Origin: Patescibacteria group bacterium
Lineage (GTDB): Bacteria > Patescibacteriota > Patescibacteriia > Buchananbacterales > UBA6539
Assembly: GCA_028688055.1 (NCBI GenBank)
Contig: JAQTYZ010000002.1
Coordinates: forward strand, 68,256-132,255
Length of the DNA: 64,000 nucleotides
Direction of reading: 5' to 3'
The notes beneath the pieces were generated by a model. It did no database searches. It was not told where the DNA came from and worked only from the letters and a program-made list of their open reading frames with translations. A program made the translations under genes and the position numbers. This document shows positions 37,005 through 49,746 of this stretch, in pieces. Within the stretch, counting starts at the first letter, position 1. Each line of letters starts with the position of its first letter.

Positions 37005-37577
37005 ATGGATAATATCACCTTAGTCGGTTCACGATTACCGGAAATGATATTAGACGTTTATCAGCAGGATGAAATTAAGAAAATGGAGTTGTCAGACTAT
37101 CGCAAACAATGGCTAGTCTTATTTTTTTATCCGGCCGATTTTACTTTTGTTTGTCCGACTGAGTTAAGAGAGTTGGCCGAAAATTATGCTAAGTTTAAGG
37201 AGATCAATACTGAAATTATGAGCGTTAGTACCGATACGGTTTTTACGCACAAGGCTTGGCATGACCACTCTGAGGCGATAAAAAAAATTGAATTTCCCAT
37301 GGGTTCAGATCCGACCGGCAAACTTTCTAAAGCGCTTGGTGTTTATCTTGAGAACGAAGGTCTGGCGTTGCGCGGAACTTTTATTGTGAATCCGGAGGGG
37401 GAGATTAAGGCGATGGAAATCAACGACAACAGTATTGGCCGTTCCGTTGATGAACTCTTGCGCAAGTTGCAGGCGGCGCAGTTTGTCGCCGAGCATGGCG
37501 ATCAGGTTTGTCCTGCCAGCTGGCATCCCGGCGATGCCACCCTAAAACCGGGTTTGGATTTGGTTGGAAAAATTTAG
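37005..37577 (+). CDS. Peroxiredoxin (typical 2-Cys Prx, AhpC/TSA family)
   Basis: FFYPADFTFVCPTEL (peroxidatic Cys) and VCPASW (resolving Cys). Start moved to the ATG at 37005 (MDNITLVG). The upstream in-frame ORF spans tRNA DNA. Confidence 0.8.
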   Translation: MDNITLVGSRLPEMILDVYQQDEIKKMELSDYRKQWLVLFFYPADFTFVCPTELRELAENYAKFKEINTEIMSVSTDTVFTHKAWHDHSEAIKKIEFPMGSDPTGKLSKALGVYLENEGLALRGTFIVNPEGEIKAMEINDNSIGRSVDELLRKLQAAQFVAEHGDQVCPASWHPGDATLKPGLDLVGKI

Positions 37578-37655
37578 GTCCGGTGTCGTCTCGAGTTAAC
37601 CTAGACCCTGAAATAAATTCAGCACCAGATTCAGGATGACAGCAAATGATAATTG

Positions 37656-37709
37656 TGTCATTCCGGCCTACGAGCCGGAATCTAGATTCCCGCTTTCGCG
37701 GGAATGACA
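37656..37709. repeat. Palindromic repeat element: GTCATTCCGG..CCGGAATCTAGATTCCCGC..GCGGGAATGACA. A half element lies at 37600-37641
   Basis: Two hairpin modules between TGTCAT and ATGACA. Confidence 0.55.
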
Positions 37710-37723
37710 AAATAAATAAACAT

Positions 37724-38017
37724 ATGTCCAACCAAAAATTATCACCTCAACAACAAGAAGAAAAAAAGGATTTGAAAATTGAGATTTTGGAAAAAGTTAT
37801 TGATTTGTCCACTGCCGGTTTTGGTTTGGTGGCGGCCTTGGCTTGGAATGATGCTATCAAGGCGATGTTTGCCAAATTCTTCCCGCAACCCGAGAATAAT
37901 CTGTTAGCGATGGTTATTTATGCACTGTTTATCACCAGTTTAGTCGTTTTGATCACCGTTCAGCTGGGTCGAGCTGTAAATTTAGCCAAAAAAAGTCTCA
38001 TCAAAAAGCAAAAATAG
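37724..38017 (+). CDS. Small membrane protein, hypothetical (about 97 aa, N-terminal Glu/Lys-rich region then two transmembrane segments)
   Basis: ATG at 37724 gives MSNQKLSPQQQEEKK.... The ORF-track N-terminus from 37646 is repeat-derived. Confidence 0.45.
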   Translation: MSNQKLSPQQQEEKKDLKIEILEKVIDLSTAGFGLVAALAWNDAIKAMFAKFFPQPENNLLAMVIYALFITSLVVLITVQLGRAVNLAKKSLIKKQK

Positions 38018-38042
38018 GCTCAACTTGGTCACTTGACAACAG

Positions 38043-38071
38043 TTTTAACTTGAGCTATAATGATACAGTTA
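38043..38071 (+). promoter_or_regulatory. Consensus sigma70 promoter (TTGACA-17-TATAAT), probably the rRNA promoter P1
   Basis: TTGACAACAGTTTTAACTTGAGCTATAAT about 440 nt upstream of the 23S 5' end. Confidence 0.7.
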
Positions 38072-38077
38072 ACTAGA

Positions 38078-38212
38078 GATACATCTAGCAATAACGCCAA
38101 ATATAAAAGAAGATATGATATTAAGTGTTCTAATTCATAAATTCCCAAGCGCATAACTGCCTCAATATTTTGGTTGAAATGCTAGCCGCTTGGGACCAAG
38201 CGGCTTTTTTAG
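38078..38212 (+). ncRNA. Candidate roughly 135-nt small RNA or leader ending at an intrinsic terminator, between the rRNA promoter and the 23S
   Basis: Perfect promoter followed by the hairpin AGCCGCTTGGGACCAAGCGGCT + TTTTTT at 38186-38212. Confidence 0.3.
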
Positions 38213-38511
38213 TCCCTTCCAATCTAAACCACGCTAAATTTATTCCAGTATCTATTTCATCTGTTGCTTGAAAGCAATAAGTAAGCACATTTGATGCTTA
38301 ACGGCACTTGAGTGGACACTGAACATGGATTCTGAAATAAGTTTAGAAAATCAGTTTACCGTTGAAGTGGTGGATCATTAACAATTCAACAACGCGCATT
38401 TAAATATCTCCAGTATTTAAATGCAAATGTATCAAGCATCTTAAATTAGAAAGTACACCTAGAAGAATAGAAATGACTGACAAGTTATAAATCTTGTCTC
38501 TCAATTCTTGT

Positions 38512-41586
<3,075 letters not shown>

Positions 41587-41697
41587 AACTGGGGAAAATA
41601 GCTAATGGCATTTGGCAAATCGCTAATAGCCAATTAGTAATACTCTGAATTAAAATCATTAGAACCTGGATGCCTGGCATTTGGTCGGGCATCTCGT

Positions 41698-41802
41698 TTT
41701 GGTGGTTTTAGCGGTAGGGTCACACCTGTTCCCATCCCGAACACAGCAGTTAAGCCTACCAGCGCCGATGATACTCTTTAGGGGAAAGTAGGTCGCCGCC
41801 AA
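41698..41802 (+). rRNA. rrf: 5S ribosomal RNA
   Basis: TTGGTGG...GTCACACCTGTTCCCATCCCGAACACAGCAGTTAAGC...AGCGCCGATG...AGTAGGTCGCCGCCAA. Confidence 0.8.
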
Positions 41803-41812
41803 TTTATCATCA

Positions 41813-41842
41813 AGTCCCGCCTGATCGCGGGACTTTTTGTTT
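41813..41842 (+). terminator. Intrinsic terminator of the rRNA unit
   Basis: AGTCCCGCCTGATCGCGGGACTTTTTGTTT. Confidence 0.7.
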
Positions 41843-41867
41843 ATCATTTTTTTGTTATACTGTTGGT

Positions 41868-42602
41868 ATGAATATTATTGTTGCCAAAAATTACGATGAT
41901 TTATCCGCCCATGCCGCGGCCATCGTTGCTGACCAAATTATTAAAAAACCAAACTCGGTTTTAGGGTTGGCTACTGGCGCGACGCAGCTTGGGTTATATC
42001 AAAAGCTCGTTGAACTTTATCACCAGGGGAGTCTTAGCTTTAGTCAGGTAACAACTTTTAATTTGGATGAGTATTTTGGGCTAGCTAATGATGATTCACA
42101 AAGTTATCATTATTTTATGTTTGAAAATTTTTTTAAACACCTTGATATAAAAAAAGAAAATATTTTTATTCCGGCTGGTTCAATTTCAATGACCGAAGTT
42201 GGACCGTATGGTCAAAAATATGAAGCGGCCATTAAGATTAAGGGTGATCTTGATTTACAAATTTTAGGTATTGGTGAAAATGGTCACATCGGTTTTAATG
42301 AACCGGGTTCTGATTTTAATTCAGTGACTCGTTTGGTTAGTTTGAGTGATAACACTATTAAGGCTAATGCTCGCTTTTTCTCTGCCCCCGAAGCAGTTCC
42401 CCGACAAGCCATCACGATGGGTTTGGCAACTATTATGTCAGCCAGAAAAATTATATTGTTAGCTTCGGGTAAAAGTAAAGCCGCGGCCGTCGCCCAGGCT
42501 TTAAGCGGGGAGGTCAGTGAGGCAGTCCCGGCTTCCGTTTTGCAGCGACACCAAAATCTTACTATTATTTTAGACACCGAGGCAGCGGTAATGGTTAAAT
42601 AA
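41868..42602 (+). CDS. nagB: Glucosamine-6-phosphate deaminase
   Basis: LGLATGAT...FNLDEY...ILGIGENGHIGFNEPGS. Confidence 0.75.
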   Translation: MNIIVAKNYDDLSAHAAAIVADQIIKKPNSVLGLATGATQLGLYQKLVELYHQGSLSFSQVTTFNLDEYFGLANDDSQSYHYFMFENFFKHLDIKKENIFIPAGSISMTEVGPYGQKYEAAIKIKGDLDLQILGIGENGHIGFNEPGSDFNSVTRLVSLSDNTIKANARFFSAPEAVPRQAITMGLATIMSARKIILLASGKSKAAAVAQALSGEVSEAVPASVLQRHQNLTIILDTEAAVMVK

Positions 42603-42753
42603 TTTAAAGGTTAAAATTAAGCCGCCAGTGAGCGGTTTTTAGATTTGACTAATTTTAGCTAATAAACTAAGATATTTTATTAATTTAATGAAGTGTGAAA
42701 GATATTGACTTATTAATATGTATGATATAGTATGATAATATGACAACTTTAGT

Positions 42754-42879
42754 TGTCATCCCGAGCTTATTTGCATACCTAATAGTATGCAAATTAGTAG
42801 GCAGACTCGTCAATTAGATAATAATTTAAGAGATTCTGAAACCGCCGCCAGAGCGGGGTAAATAAATTCAGAATGACAA
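42754..42879. repeat. Largest copy (126 bp) of the TTGTCAT...ATGACAA palindromic element family
   Basis: TTGTCATCCCGAGC + hairpin ATTTGCATACC..GGTATGCAAAT + hairpin ATTCTGAA..TTCAGAAT + ATGACAA. Preceded by a facing half-site ATGACAAC. Confidence 0.6.
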
Positions 42880-42885
42880 TTACCA

Positions 42886-43719
42886 ATGGATCGATCACGA
42901 CTGACAATTACTTTAGCTAAAGAAGTCCTCAAGCAACTTGATGGCTTAATTGATGGTGCGCGAATTAGAAATCGTTCGCACGCGATTGAGTATGTCTTGT
43001 TAAAACATTTTGCGCCTAAAATCCGCAAAGCTTTGATTTTGGCCGGCGGTCAGGGATTGAAGATGAGGCCATTTACGTATGAAATGCCTAAGGCGATGAT
43101 TCCGTTAAATGGTCGTCCGGTTTTAGAGCACATCATTGAAAATTTCCGTCGCTATGAGGTGAGAGAATTGGTTATCTCAATTGGCCATCAAGGCAATAAG
43201 ATTAAACAGTATTTTGGTGATGGTTCAAAATTTGGTGTTAAGATTACTTACCTGGAGCAAGGTTTGGCTGAAACGGGAACGGCGGCGCCGATTTTACAGG
43301 CCAAAAAAATAGTCGGTGATAATCCATTTTTTGTGTATTATGCTGATGTGTTAGCCGCCGTGGATCTGGATGATATGGTTGATTTTCATACCTCAAATAA
43401 TGGTTTAGTCACTATGGCTTTAACTTCCGTTAATCGGTCGTCAAATTGGGGTGTCGTTCGCTTGCAGGGCAATCGCGTTTATTCATTTTTGGAAAAACCG
43501 GATCAGCGAAAGAATTTATCAAATATTATTAACGCTGGTTTTTATATTTTTAACCCTAAGATTTTTGATTATCTTAAGCCTGAGACTAAGCGGCTGGAAA
43601 AAGATATTTTTCCAAAATTAGTGGAGCAGCGCAAAATGTTTGGTTATATGTTTGCCGGTCAGTGGTTTGACGTTGGCAATCCGGAGATATATGAGCAGGC
43701 GATTAAGGAATGGAAGTAA
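42886..43719 (+). CDS. Fusion protein: N-terminal ribbon-helix-helix (CopG-like) domain plus a sugar-phosphate nucleotidyltransferase (RmlA/GlmU-N-like)
   Basis: N-terminus MDRSRLTITLAKEVLKQLDGLIDGARIRNRSHAIEYVL is RHH-like. Then KALILAGGQGLKMRPFTYEMPKAMIPLNGRPVLEH, the NTP-transferase G-loop. Confidence 0.55.
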   Translation: MDRSRLTITLAKEVLKQLDGLIDGARIRNRSHAIEYVLLKHFAPKIRKALILAGGQGLKMRPFTYEMPKAMIPLNGRPVLEHIIENFRRYEVRELVISIGHQGNKIKQYFGDGSKFGVKITYLEQGLAETGTAAPILQAKKIVGDNPFFVYYADVLAAVDLDDMVDFHTSNNGLVTMALTSVNRSSNWGVVRLQGNRVYSFLEKPDQRKNLSNIINAGFYIFNPKIFDYLKPETKRLEKDIFPKLVEQRKMFGYMFAGQWFDVGNPEIYEQAIKEWK

Positions 43720-43826
43720 AATTTATTTTTGAAAGTTGAGGTAAATCGTTAAATTTTTCTTAACGATTTACCTCGTCCTTTGAATGTTGAATCATCCACA
43801 ACCCATAACCCATGGAGGGATTCATA

Positions 43827-44792
43827 ATGAGTGGTTTAGAGCGCTTGAAGCTAACGGGCCGTGTTGAATTGTTGCCATCAGGTTTTTACTCTTCGGTCGT
43901 TCTCGTTGTTGAGAACGGTCACAAAAAGGTGGTGAAGCTTATTAGGAAGCCTGAGTTGAACGAGCAAGCCATTGCTCAGCAGCTTGGTGACGACATCGTC
44001 GCGTACGGCGCAGAATTGTTGCGACGGGGAGTACGTTCACCGCAAGTGAAAGTTCGGTTATTGGGCGACGTCGGCGAAGGCTGGGATGTTGTGGTCGAAG
44101 CCCCATTTCAGGGCACCGATGTGGCACATTTGTTGCTCGAGGCTGATGAGTCGGATTCGGTGCGGCTGACGCGAGGCATGCTGGGCATGATTTCAGCTTT
44201 ATTTGATTATCCGTTGGAAAGTGGCTTTGAGCTACAAATAGGCATTGATCCTAAGCCGGATAACTTCACTGTTTCCGAAACTGGAGAGATGCATTATATT
44301 GACTTGATGCCACCGCGGTATCGACGCGATGGCGTGCCAATTGTTGAATTCCCAGAGCCAACAACGGATATTGGGAAAAAGGTGGCATATTATCGTTACT
44401 ACGATATGCGCGGCATACTGACCGTTCTTAGATCCCAGCTTTGTCGCAATCGTTTTGACCTGAGGCCGTTGTTTCGTCGCCTCATCGCGGAATTTGCCGC
44501 GCAGTACCCTGGTCTTGGCCGTCATATGGGACTCTCCGTCGGGGAAGTCTTTGTGGATGCAAACCTAAGCGGTCGACTTGCTATTATCGAGGCGTTAGCC
44601 GGTGATGATATGTATGCCATGCGTGACATTGTAACGCAATTGGCGTTTGAGAACCCGCTTTATCGGCACCCGTGTATCGACAAGGTATTCCACCTGTCAC
44701 ACTTCTATCAAGAGGCTCCGTCCCCGGAGAATGTTTGTCGGGTTAAGAAAATCCTGCGAGCAATGACTCGTAATGAGTCGGTGGAAGTTTAG
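43827..44792 (+). CDS. Protein-kinase-like / aminoglycoside-phosphotransferase-like fold protein (atypical kinase), GC-rich
   Basis: Catalytic-loop-like IGIDPKPDNF and HYIDLMPP (Mg-binding-like). GGAGGG lies 7 nt before the ATG at 43827. Confidence 0.4.
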   Translation: MSGLERLKLTGRVELLPSGFYSSVVLVVENGHKKVVKLIRKPELNEQAIAQQLGDDIVAYGAELLRRGVRSPQVKVRLLGDVGEGWDVVVEAPFQGTDVAHLLLEADESDSVRLTRGMLGMISALFDYPLESGFELQIGIDPKPDNFTVSETGEMHYIDLMPPRYRRDGVPIVEFPEPTTDIGKKVAYYRYYDMRGILTVLRSQLCRNRFDLRPLFRRLIAEFAAQYPGLGRHMGLSVGEVFVDANLSGRLAIIEALAGDDMYAMRDIVTQLAFENPLYRHPCIDKVFHLSHFYQEAPSPENVCRVKKILRAMTRNESVEV

Positions 44793-44804
44793 TCGGCGAA
44801 CTTG

Positions 44805-45692
44805 TTAAGGGCGCCGATTTTTTTTTATTGTTTTAATAAATGTTTTAAAATTATGTTCGTTTAAACCGCCATCACCCATAGCGATTTCTGGATGATGATG
44901 TTCACCGTGCCAGTCAGAACCACCCGTTATCAACCAATGATGTTTTACTGCTAACTCCTTACAACGATTGCGCATTTCCAGATTATTTTTTGGGGAATAG
45001 ACTTCAATGGCATCAATTTTACTTTTACTAAGCTCACTTATAAGTAATTTAAATTTTTTTTCGCCAATTGTCTGACCGAAACGTTTTACTAATTTTTCTA
45101 AAGTTTCTCCAGGGTGGGCTAGGCTAGCGTAACCATTGGCTTGGTGGATTAATTTAACCGCGGCGCTCGGTAACATTGCCCAATCGCCGTAGGGCACTTG
45201 TGCTACGCCGCCACTATTAAAATACGCGAGGGCTTGTTTTGGCGTTATTTTAAGGCGTTTAGCAATCGTTTTGGCCAAGTCGTATTTAGTCATTGGCAGC
45301 AAAGAATTTTTAGATTTTTTGATAGCACTTATTTTTAGATTTATAATTTTTGTCGCCGCCAATTTTTCAAGCATCATTTTTGCCCGTTGGTTATAGCCGT
45401 TCACCGTTTCAGTTAAGCCCAATTTTAAAATATGTTCATCAAGATTGAGGCTATACCCTAAAATGTGAACCTCAGTGTCAAAAATTTTTGTGCTAATCTC
45501 GACACCTTGAACGTTTAGTATATTAGCCGCCCGAGCGAGACGTTCTTTAAGTTTTAGGCCATACCAAGTATTATGGTCGGTAATTGATATCGCCCGTAAG
45601 CCATTTTTTTTTGCCAATTTTATAACATCCTTAACGGCGTAATCACCATCGGAAAAGTCAGAGTGGGTTTGCATGTCATATTGATATCTCAT
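44805..45692 (-). CDS. PHP-domain metal-dependent phosphoesterase
   Basis: MQTHSDFSDGDYAVKDVIKLAKKNGLRAISITDHNTWYG... and C-terminal ...GGSDWHGEHHHPEI. Confidence 0.6.
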   Translation of the reverse strand: MRYQYDMQTHSDFSDGDYAVKDVIKLAKKNGLRAISITDHNTWYGLKLKERLARAANILNVQGVEISTKIFDTEVHILGYSLNLDEHILKLGLTETVNGYNQRAKMMLEKLAATKIINLKISAIKKSKNSLLPMTKYDLAKTIAKRLKITPKQALAYFNSGGVAQVPYGDWAMLPSAAVKLIHQANGYASLAHPGETLEKLVKRFGQTIGEKKFKLLISELSKSKIDAIEVYSPKNNLEMRNRCKELAVKHHWLITGGSDWHGEHHHPEIAMGDGGLNEHNFKTFIKTIKKNRRP

Positions 45693-45719
45693 AAGATTAT
45701 TATAATACTTTTTAACTAT

Positions 45720-46496
45720 CTAATCAGTAATCTCAACTATTAATGGAAAGTGATCCGAAGAATGGTTGGTTAATTTATTTTTTATAATTTTAGCGTCCTT
45801 AATTTGTTTGGCCAGTTCGGGCGTAACAAAAGCGTAATCTAGGCGAAGTTTTGTCGCGTGGTCGACATCCGTGCAAATATCGGTTGGAACGGAGTAGTAA
45901 ACAGTTGCCCCATGATGAAATTTTTTTGTAATATCAATCAAGCCGCTTTTTAGGATTTTTTTGATTACTTTTTTTTCAATTGATTGGCTGCCAAATTTTG
46001 TAATATTTTTTTCTTGAAACTTTTTTAGCAATTTTTTGTCATTATAATTATCCTGGGGTGACAGCGAATTGAAGTCACCCAAAATAATTGCCCTTTTCTG
46101 GTGACCTATTTGGTTGATGATTTTTTCAGCTTCGTCGATTCGGATTGTTTCTTTTTTAGGACTGAGATGGACGCCAAAAATTTCAAGCTTATTTTCAAAA
46201 TTTGCTTCGATCACTGAGTGATGAAAACCTTTATTGGTTGAGCTGATTTTTTTAGGTTTGGTTTTTGATAGCAAGGCCAAATTATGTTTTGTGTTTGATT
46301 TAGCTAAAAATTTATATTTGAACGAAGTTTTTTTGGCGAAATCAGCTAAATCTTGTTGCTGCCAACTCCAAGCTTCCAAAATAATGGCAACGTCCGGATT
46401 AATTTCTTTTATCACGCGAGTAATTTTTGGCCACCGACCGCGAGGATTATTTTTAGTTCGGCCGCCATGGTCAATGTTGTATAGCAGTATGCGCAT
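45720..46496 (-). CDS. Endonuclease/exonuclease/phosphatase (EEP) family protein
   Basis: N-terminal MRILLYNIDHGG..., internal ...ILGDFNS... and C-terminal ...SDHFPLIVEI motifs. Confidence 0.55.
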   Translation of the reverse strand: MRILLYNIDHGGRTKNNPRGRWPKITRVIKEINPDVAIILEAWSWQQQDLADFAKKTSFKYKFLAKSNTKHNLALLSKTKPKKISSTNKGFHHSVIEANFENKLEIFGVHLSPKKETIRIDEAEKIINQIGHQKRAIILGDFNSLSPQDNYNDKKLLKKFQEKNITKFGSQSIEKKVIKKILKSGLIDITKKFHHGATVYYSVPTDICTDVDHATKLRLDYAFVTPELAKQIKDAKIIKNKLTNHSSDHFPLIVEITD

Positions 46497-46696
46497 TGAA
46501 GGTAAAAATGATTGTTTTTAGTAGTAGCTTAGTAATTGAATTGTATTTCAATATGAACCATTTGTCAAAGTTTTATATATATTTTTTGACACCTTAAATG
46601 ATGTAAATTGGCTAATTTTAGCCAATTTAATAATTTATACATATATAGTGCAGGAAAAAAATTGACAAACATCGTCTATAGTATATAATATCTTTA

Positions 46697-47443
46697 TTGA
46701 ACAGTATGATTGAAACTATTCTCCAAAAATTTGGTTTAAGTGATAAAGAGATTAAGATTTATATGACTTCAATCAAAATCGGGCCAGCTTCGGTTCGTCG
46801 GCTAGCGGGCGCTGCCGGGGTTAATCGAGGCACGGCTTACGATATCTTGAAATCTTTAGTGGAGTCCGGTTTAATCAGTTATTATCACAAAGAAAAGAAT
46901 CAATATTTTATCGCCGAAGATCCGTCAAAACTTAAGGACGTTTTGGAATACAAACAGCAACAGCTGGAAAAAATGAAAGGGGAAGTTGACGATATCATTC
47001 CTCAGTTGCGCTCAATTTATGATAATGCTAACGCCAAGCCGGTGGTCAAGTTTTATGAAGGGCTGACTGGTATTAAAACAATTTTGGCTGATGTGATTGA
47101 TTCGGTTTCACGCCAGGATAAAAAAGTTTATTATGCTTTTTCTTCCGCCGACATTAAAAATTATTTATACGCGGCTTACCCATCGTATTCCGATGACCGC
47201 ATTGAGGCGGGAGTCAATGTCAAAGTCATTTCACTCGGACCCGGTGGCGAGATGCGCGGATTAGATGAGCGCAAGTGGTTGATTAAAGATAACAGTGCGC
47301 CAACTTATACCTTAATTTATTCAGGCAAAGTGGCGATGATTTCAGTCGACAAGGATGATAAGCCGATCGGCGTTTTAATTGAAGATAAAAATATTTATGA
47401 TACGCAAAAAATAACTTTTGAACTCATTTGGGAAAAACTTTAA
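46697..47443 (+). CDS. TrmB-family (sugar-responsive) HTH transcriptional regulator
   Basis: GLSDKEIKIYMTSIKIGPASVRRLAGAAGVNRGTAYDILKSLVESGLI wHTH domain plus a C-terminal sensor-like domain. Confidence 0.55.
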   Translation: MNSMIETILQKFGLSDKEIKIYMTSIKIGPASVRRLAGAAGVNRGTAYDILKSLVESGLISYYHKEKNQYFIAEDPSKLKDVLEYKQQQLEKMKGEVDDIIPQLRSIYDNANAKPVVKFYEGLTGIKTILADVIDSVSRQDKKVYYAFSSADIKNYLYAAYPSYSDDRIEAGVNVKVISLGPGGEMRGLDERKWLIKDNSAPTYTLIYSGKVAMISVDKDDKPIGVLIEDKNIYDTQKITFELIWEKL

Positions 47444-47444
47444 T

Positions 47445-48194
47445 ATGGATAAAATTCAAATAATAATTTTAGCCGCCGGACACGGCCGACGAATGAATAA
47501 TGAAAGCTTGCCCAAGGCGCTGACACCTTTAAAGGGTAAGCCGTTAATCATTTGGTTAGCAGAAGCGATTAAAAAATCCGGCGTTTGTGAACGACCAGTC
47601 ATTGTCGTTGGACAAAAATCGGAAATGGTTAAAGCAACTTTAGGCCAAGACTATACGTATGTGACGCAATCAGAACAACTAGGAACCGGTCACGCCGTAA
47701 TGGTGGCGCGCGGCGAACTCGAAGGCAAAGCGGAAAACATTATGGTGCTTTATGGCGATCATCCGTTGGTTAGCAGTGAAACAATCAAAAAATTAACCCA
47801 AGCCCACCTTGACTCTGGTAACGTTCTAACGATGGCAACGGTAAAAATCGAAGACTTTAATGACTGGCGGAAAAGTTTTAGTGATTTTGGCCGCATCACC
47901 CGCGCTAGCGACGGTACCATCTCGGCTATTATTGAGGCCAAAGATGCTAGTGTTGAGCAAAAAAATATTTTAGAAGTTAACCCAAGCTATTTTGTTTTCC
48001 GGGCCGATTGGCTGTGGCAGAATTTGGCAAAGCTTAAAAGTGATAATGTTCAGCATGAATATTACCTGACTGATTTGCCAAAAATTGCAGTGAGTGAAAA
48101 TGAAAAAATTACTTCAGTGGAAATCGATCCGCGCGAGGCGTTGGGTGTAAATACCGTTGAGCAGTTAGATTTAGTTGATAACAATTTAAAATAG
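47445..48194 (+). CDS. GlmU-N-terminal-like sugar-1-phosphate uridylyl/nucleotidyltransferase, no acetyltransferase domain (native-composition copy)
   Basis: IIILAAGHGRRM...QLGTGHAV...LYGDHPL. Start at the ATG at 47445 (MDKIQII). Confidence 0.6.
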   Translation: MDKIQIIILAAGHGRRMNNESLPKALTPLKGKPLIIWLAEAIKKSGVCERPVIVVGQKSEMVKATLGQDYTYVTQSEQLGTGHAVMVARGELEGKAENIMVLYGDHPLVSSETIKKLTQAHLDSGNVLTMATVKIEDFNDWRKSFSDFGRITRASDGTISAIIEAKDASVEQKNILEVNPSYFVFRADWLWQNLAKLKSDNVQHEYYLTDLPKIAVSENEKITSVEIDPREALGVNTVEQLDLVDNNLK

Positions 48195-48310
48195 GATGAT
48201 TATATTTACTTAGAGTTTTTAGGTCTCGAATGGCTGATGATAGAGGAATGAGTCAATTGATTTATTCCCGTGTCATTATTTGAAGATCAGACTTATTGGG
48301 AGGAATGGTG

Positions 48311-49060
48311 ATGGCGATTGAACCTTTAAGGGTAGTTATTTTGGCTGGTGGGCTTGGCAAAAGAATGGGCCTATCGTTGCCAAAGGCTTTGGTACCGCTG
48401 AATAATCGGCCGATGATCAGTTATCTGCTTGATGCCGTTAAGGCCTCGGGTGTTTGTGGCCGACCACTCGTGGTTTCCGGTCAGAAGGCGGAACTTCTTG
48501 AGAGCGCCTATGGCGATCAGTGTGACTTTGTAAGACAGCATGAACAGTTAGGAACTGGCCATGCTGTAGGTTGCACTGAAGCGATGTTGCGAAATGTCGC
48601 AGAGAGCATCATGGTTTTATACTGCGATATGCCAACCTTGAAACCCGAAACGATTGCTCGTTTATTCAACGCACATCAATCAGCTTGTGCCGACCTGACT
48701 ATGGCAACGGTAATGGCCCCTGATTACTTGGACTGGCGTTCGGCCTTGTTTAATTACGGCAGGGTCATTCGTGATAAACACGGAGATGTCTGTCGTATCG
48801 TCGAAATCAAAGACGCCGACATGGAACAGCAAGCGTTGCAAGAGGTTAATCCAAGCTACTTTGTCTTTCGAGCTGAGTGGCTATGGAATAATATTGGTCA
48901 GGTGCAAAACGACAATGCACAAGGGGAGTACTACCTAACCGACTTACTTGGCCTGGCGTTTAGTCAGGGTCGCAAAATTGTTTCGGTTCCAATTGAACCA
49001 GTAGAAGCGGTCGGGGCAAATAGCATTGATGAGTTTAGGCAACTTGCCAAACTTCTTTAA
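48311..49060 (+). CDS. GlmU-N-terminal-like nucleotidyltransferase, a GC-rich paralog of 47445-48194
   Basis: VVILAGGLGKRM...QLGTGHAV...LYCDMP. About 45% identical to its neighbour but with clearly higher GC. GGGAGG lies before the ATG at 48311. Confidence 0.6.
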   Translation: MAIEPLRVVILAGGLGKRMGLSLPKALVPLNNRPMISYLLDAVKASGVCGRPLVVSGQKAELLESAYGDQCDFVRQHEQLGTGHAVGCTEAMLRNVAESIMVLYCDMPTLKPETIARLFNAHQSACADLTMATVMAPDYLDWRSALFNYGRVIRDKHGDVCRIVEIKDADMEQQALQEVNPSYFVFRAEWLWNNIGQVQNDNAQGEYYLTDLLGLAFSQGRKIVSVPIEPVEAVGANSIDEFRQLAKLL

Positions 49061-49097
49061 CAGGGGCGACTCTGTCGTCCCTGCTTTATTTTTTTAG

Positions 49098-49718
49098 ATG
49101 ATCATACTAGATTTAGACAATACCATATTTAATACGCCATTACTTAAAGAGGATATTTATTATTCATTTAAGGTTTTTGGCATTTCTGATGAATTATTTT
49201 TTACTACGTTAAAAGCAGCTTATGATGTTGATCAAGAGAACAAAAATTGTTATAGCCCAAAAAGACACGCAAAATTATTATTTGATACTAAGGAAAAGGC
49301 AGAACGAGCTGTTGCCAAACTATTTCAAGTCATGGAAGAACGTGGGCATACCTATTTGTATTCTGATGTCAAAGAAACTTTAGTAGAAAATAAAAAAAAT
49401 GGGGTTAAACTAATTTTATTAACTCAAGGCGATGAGTTTTTTCAAAAGAAAAAGATTGAAGTTAGTGGCATTAGCGATTTATTTGATGACATCATTATTG
49501 TTCAGGACGGGAAAAGTGCGATGGCTGAATTATTACCCCTCGAAGATATTAGGTTGGCTGTTAATGATCGACACGATGAGCTAGAGAAAATGCATAAACT
49601 GTTTCCGCGTGCCCGATGCGTTGAGATTCAACGTTCGGGGACGCGGGCAACGGTTTCGAAACCGTGGCCTGTGGTCAGCACGATTGCTGACGCAATATTG
49701 TACTTCAACAAACAGTAG
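49098..49718 (+). CDS. HAD-superfamily hydrolase (phosphatase/phosphomutase-like)
   Basis: Motif I MIILDLDNTIF. Rossmannoid length. Confidence 0.5.
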   Translation: MIILDLDNTIFNTPLLKEDIYYSFKVFGISDELFFTTLKAAYDVDQENKNCYSPKRHAKLLFDTKEKAERAVAKLFQVMEERGHTYLYSDVKETLVENKKNGVKLILLTQGDEFFQKKKIEVSGISDLFDDIIIVQDGKSAMAELLPLEDIRLAVNDRHDELEKMHKLFPRARCVEIQRSGTRATVSKPWPVVSTIADAILYFNKQ

Positions 49719-49746
49719 CAAGGCAAACTTGCTGGGAGGGAAATAG

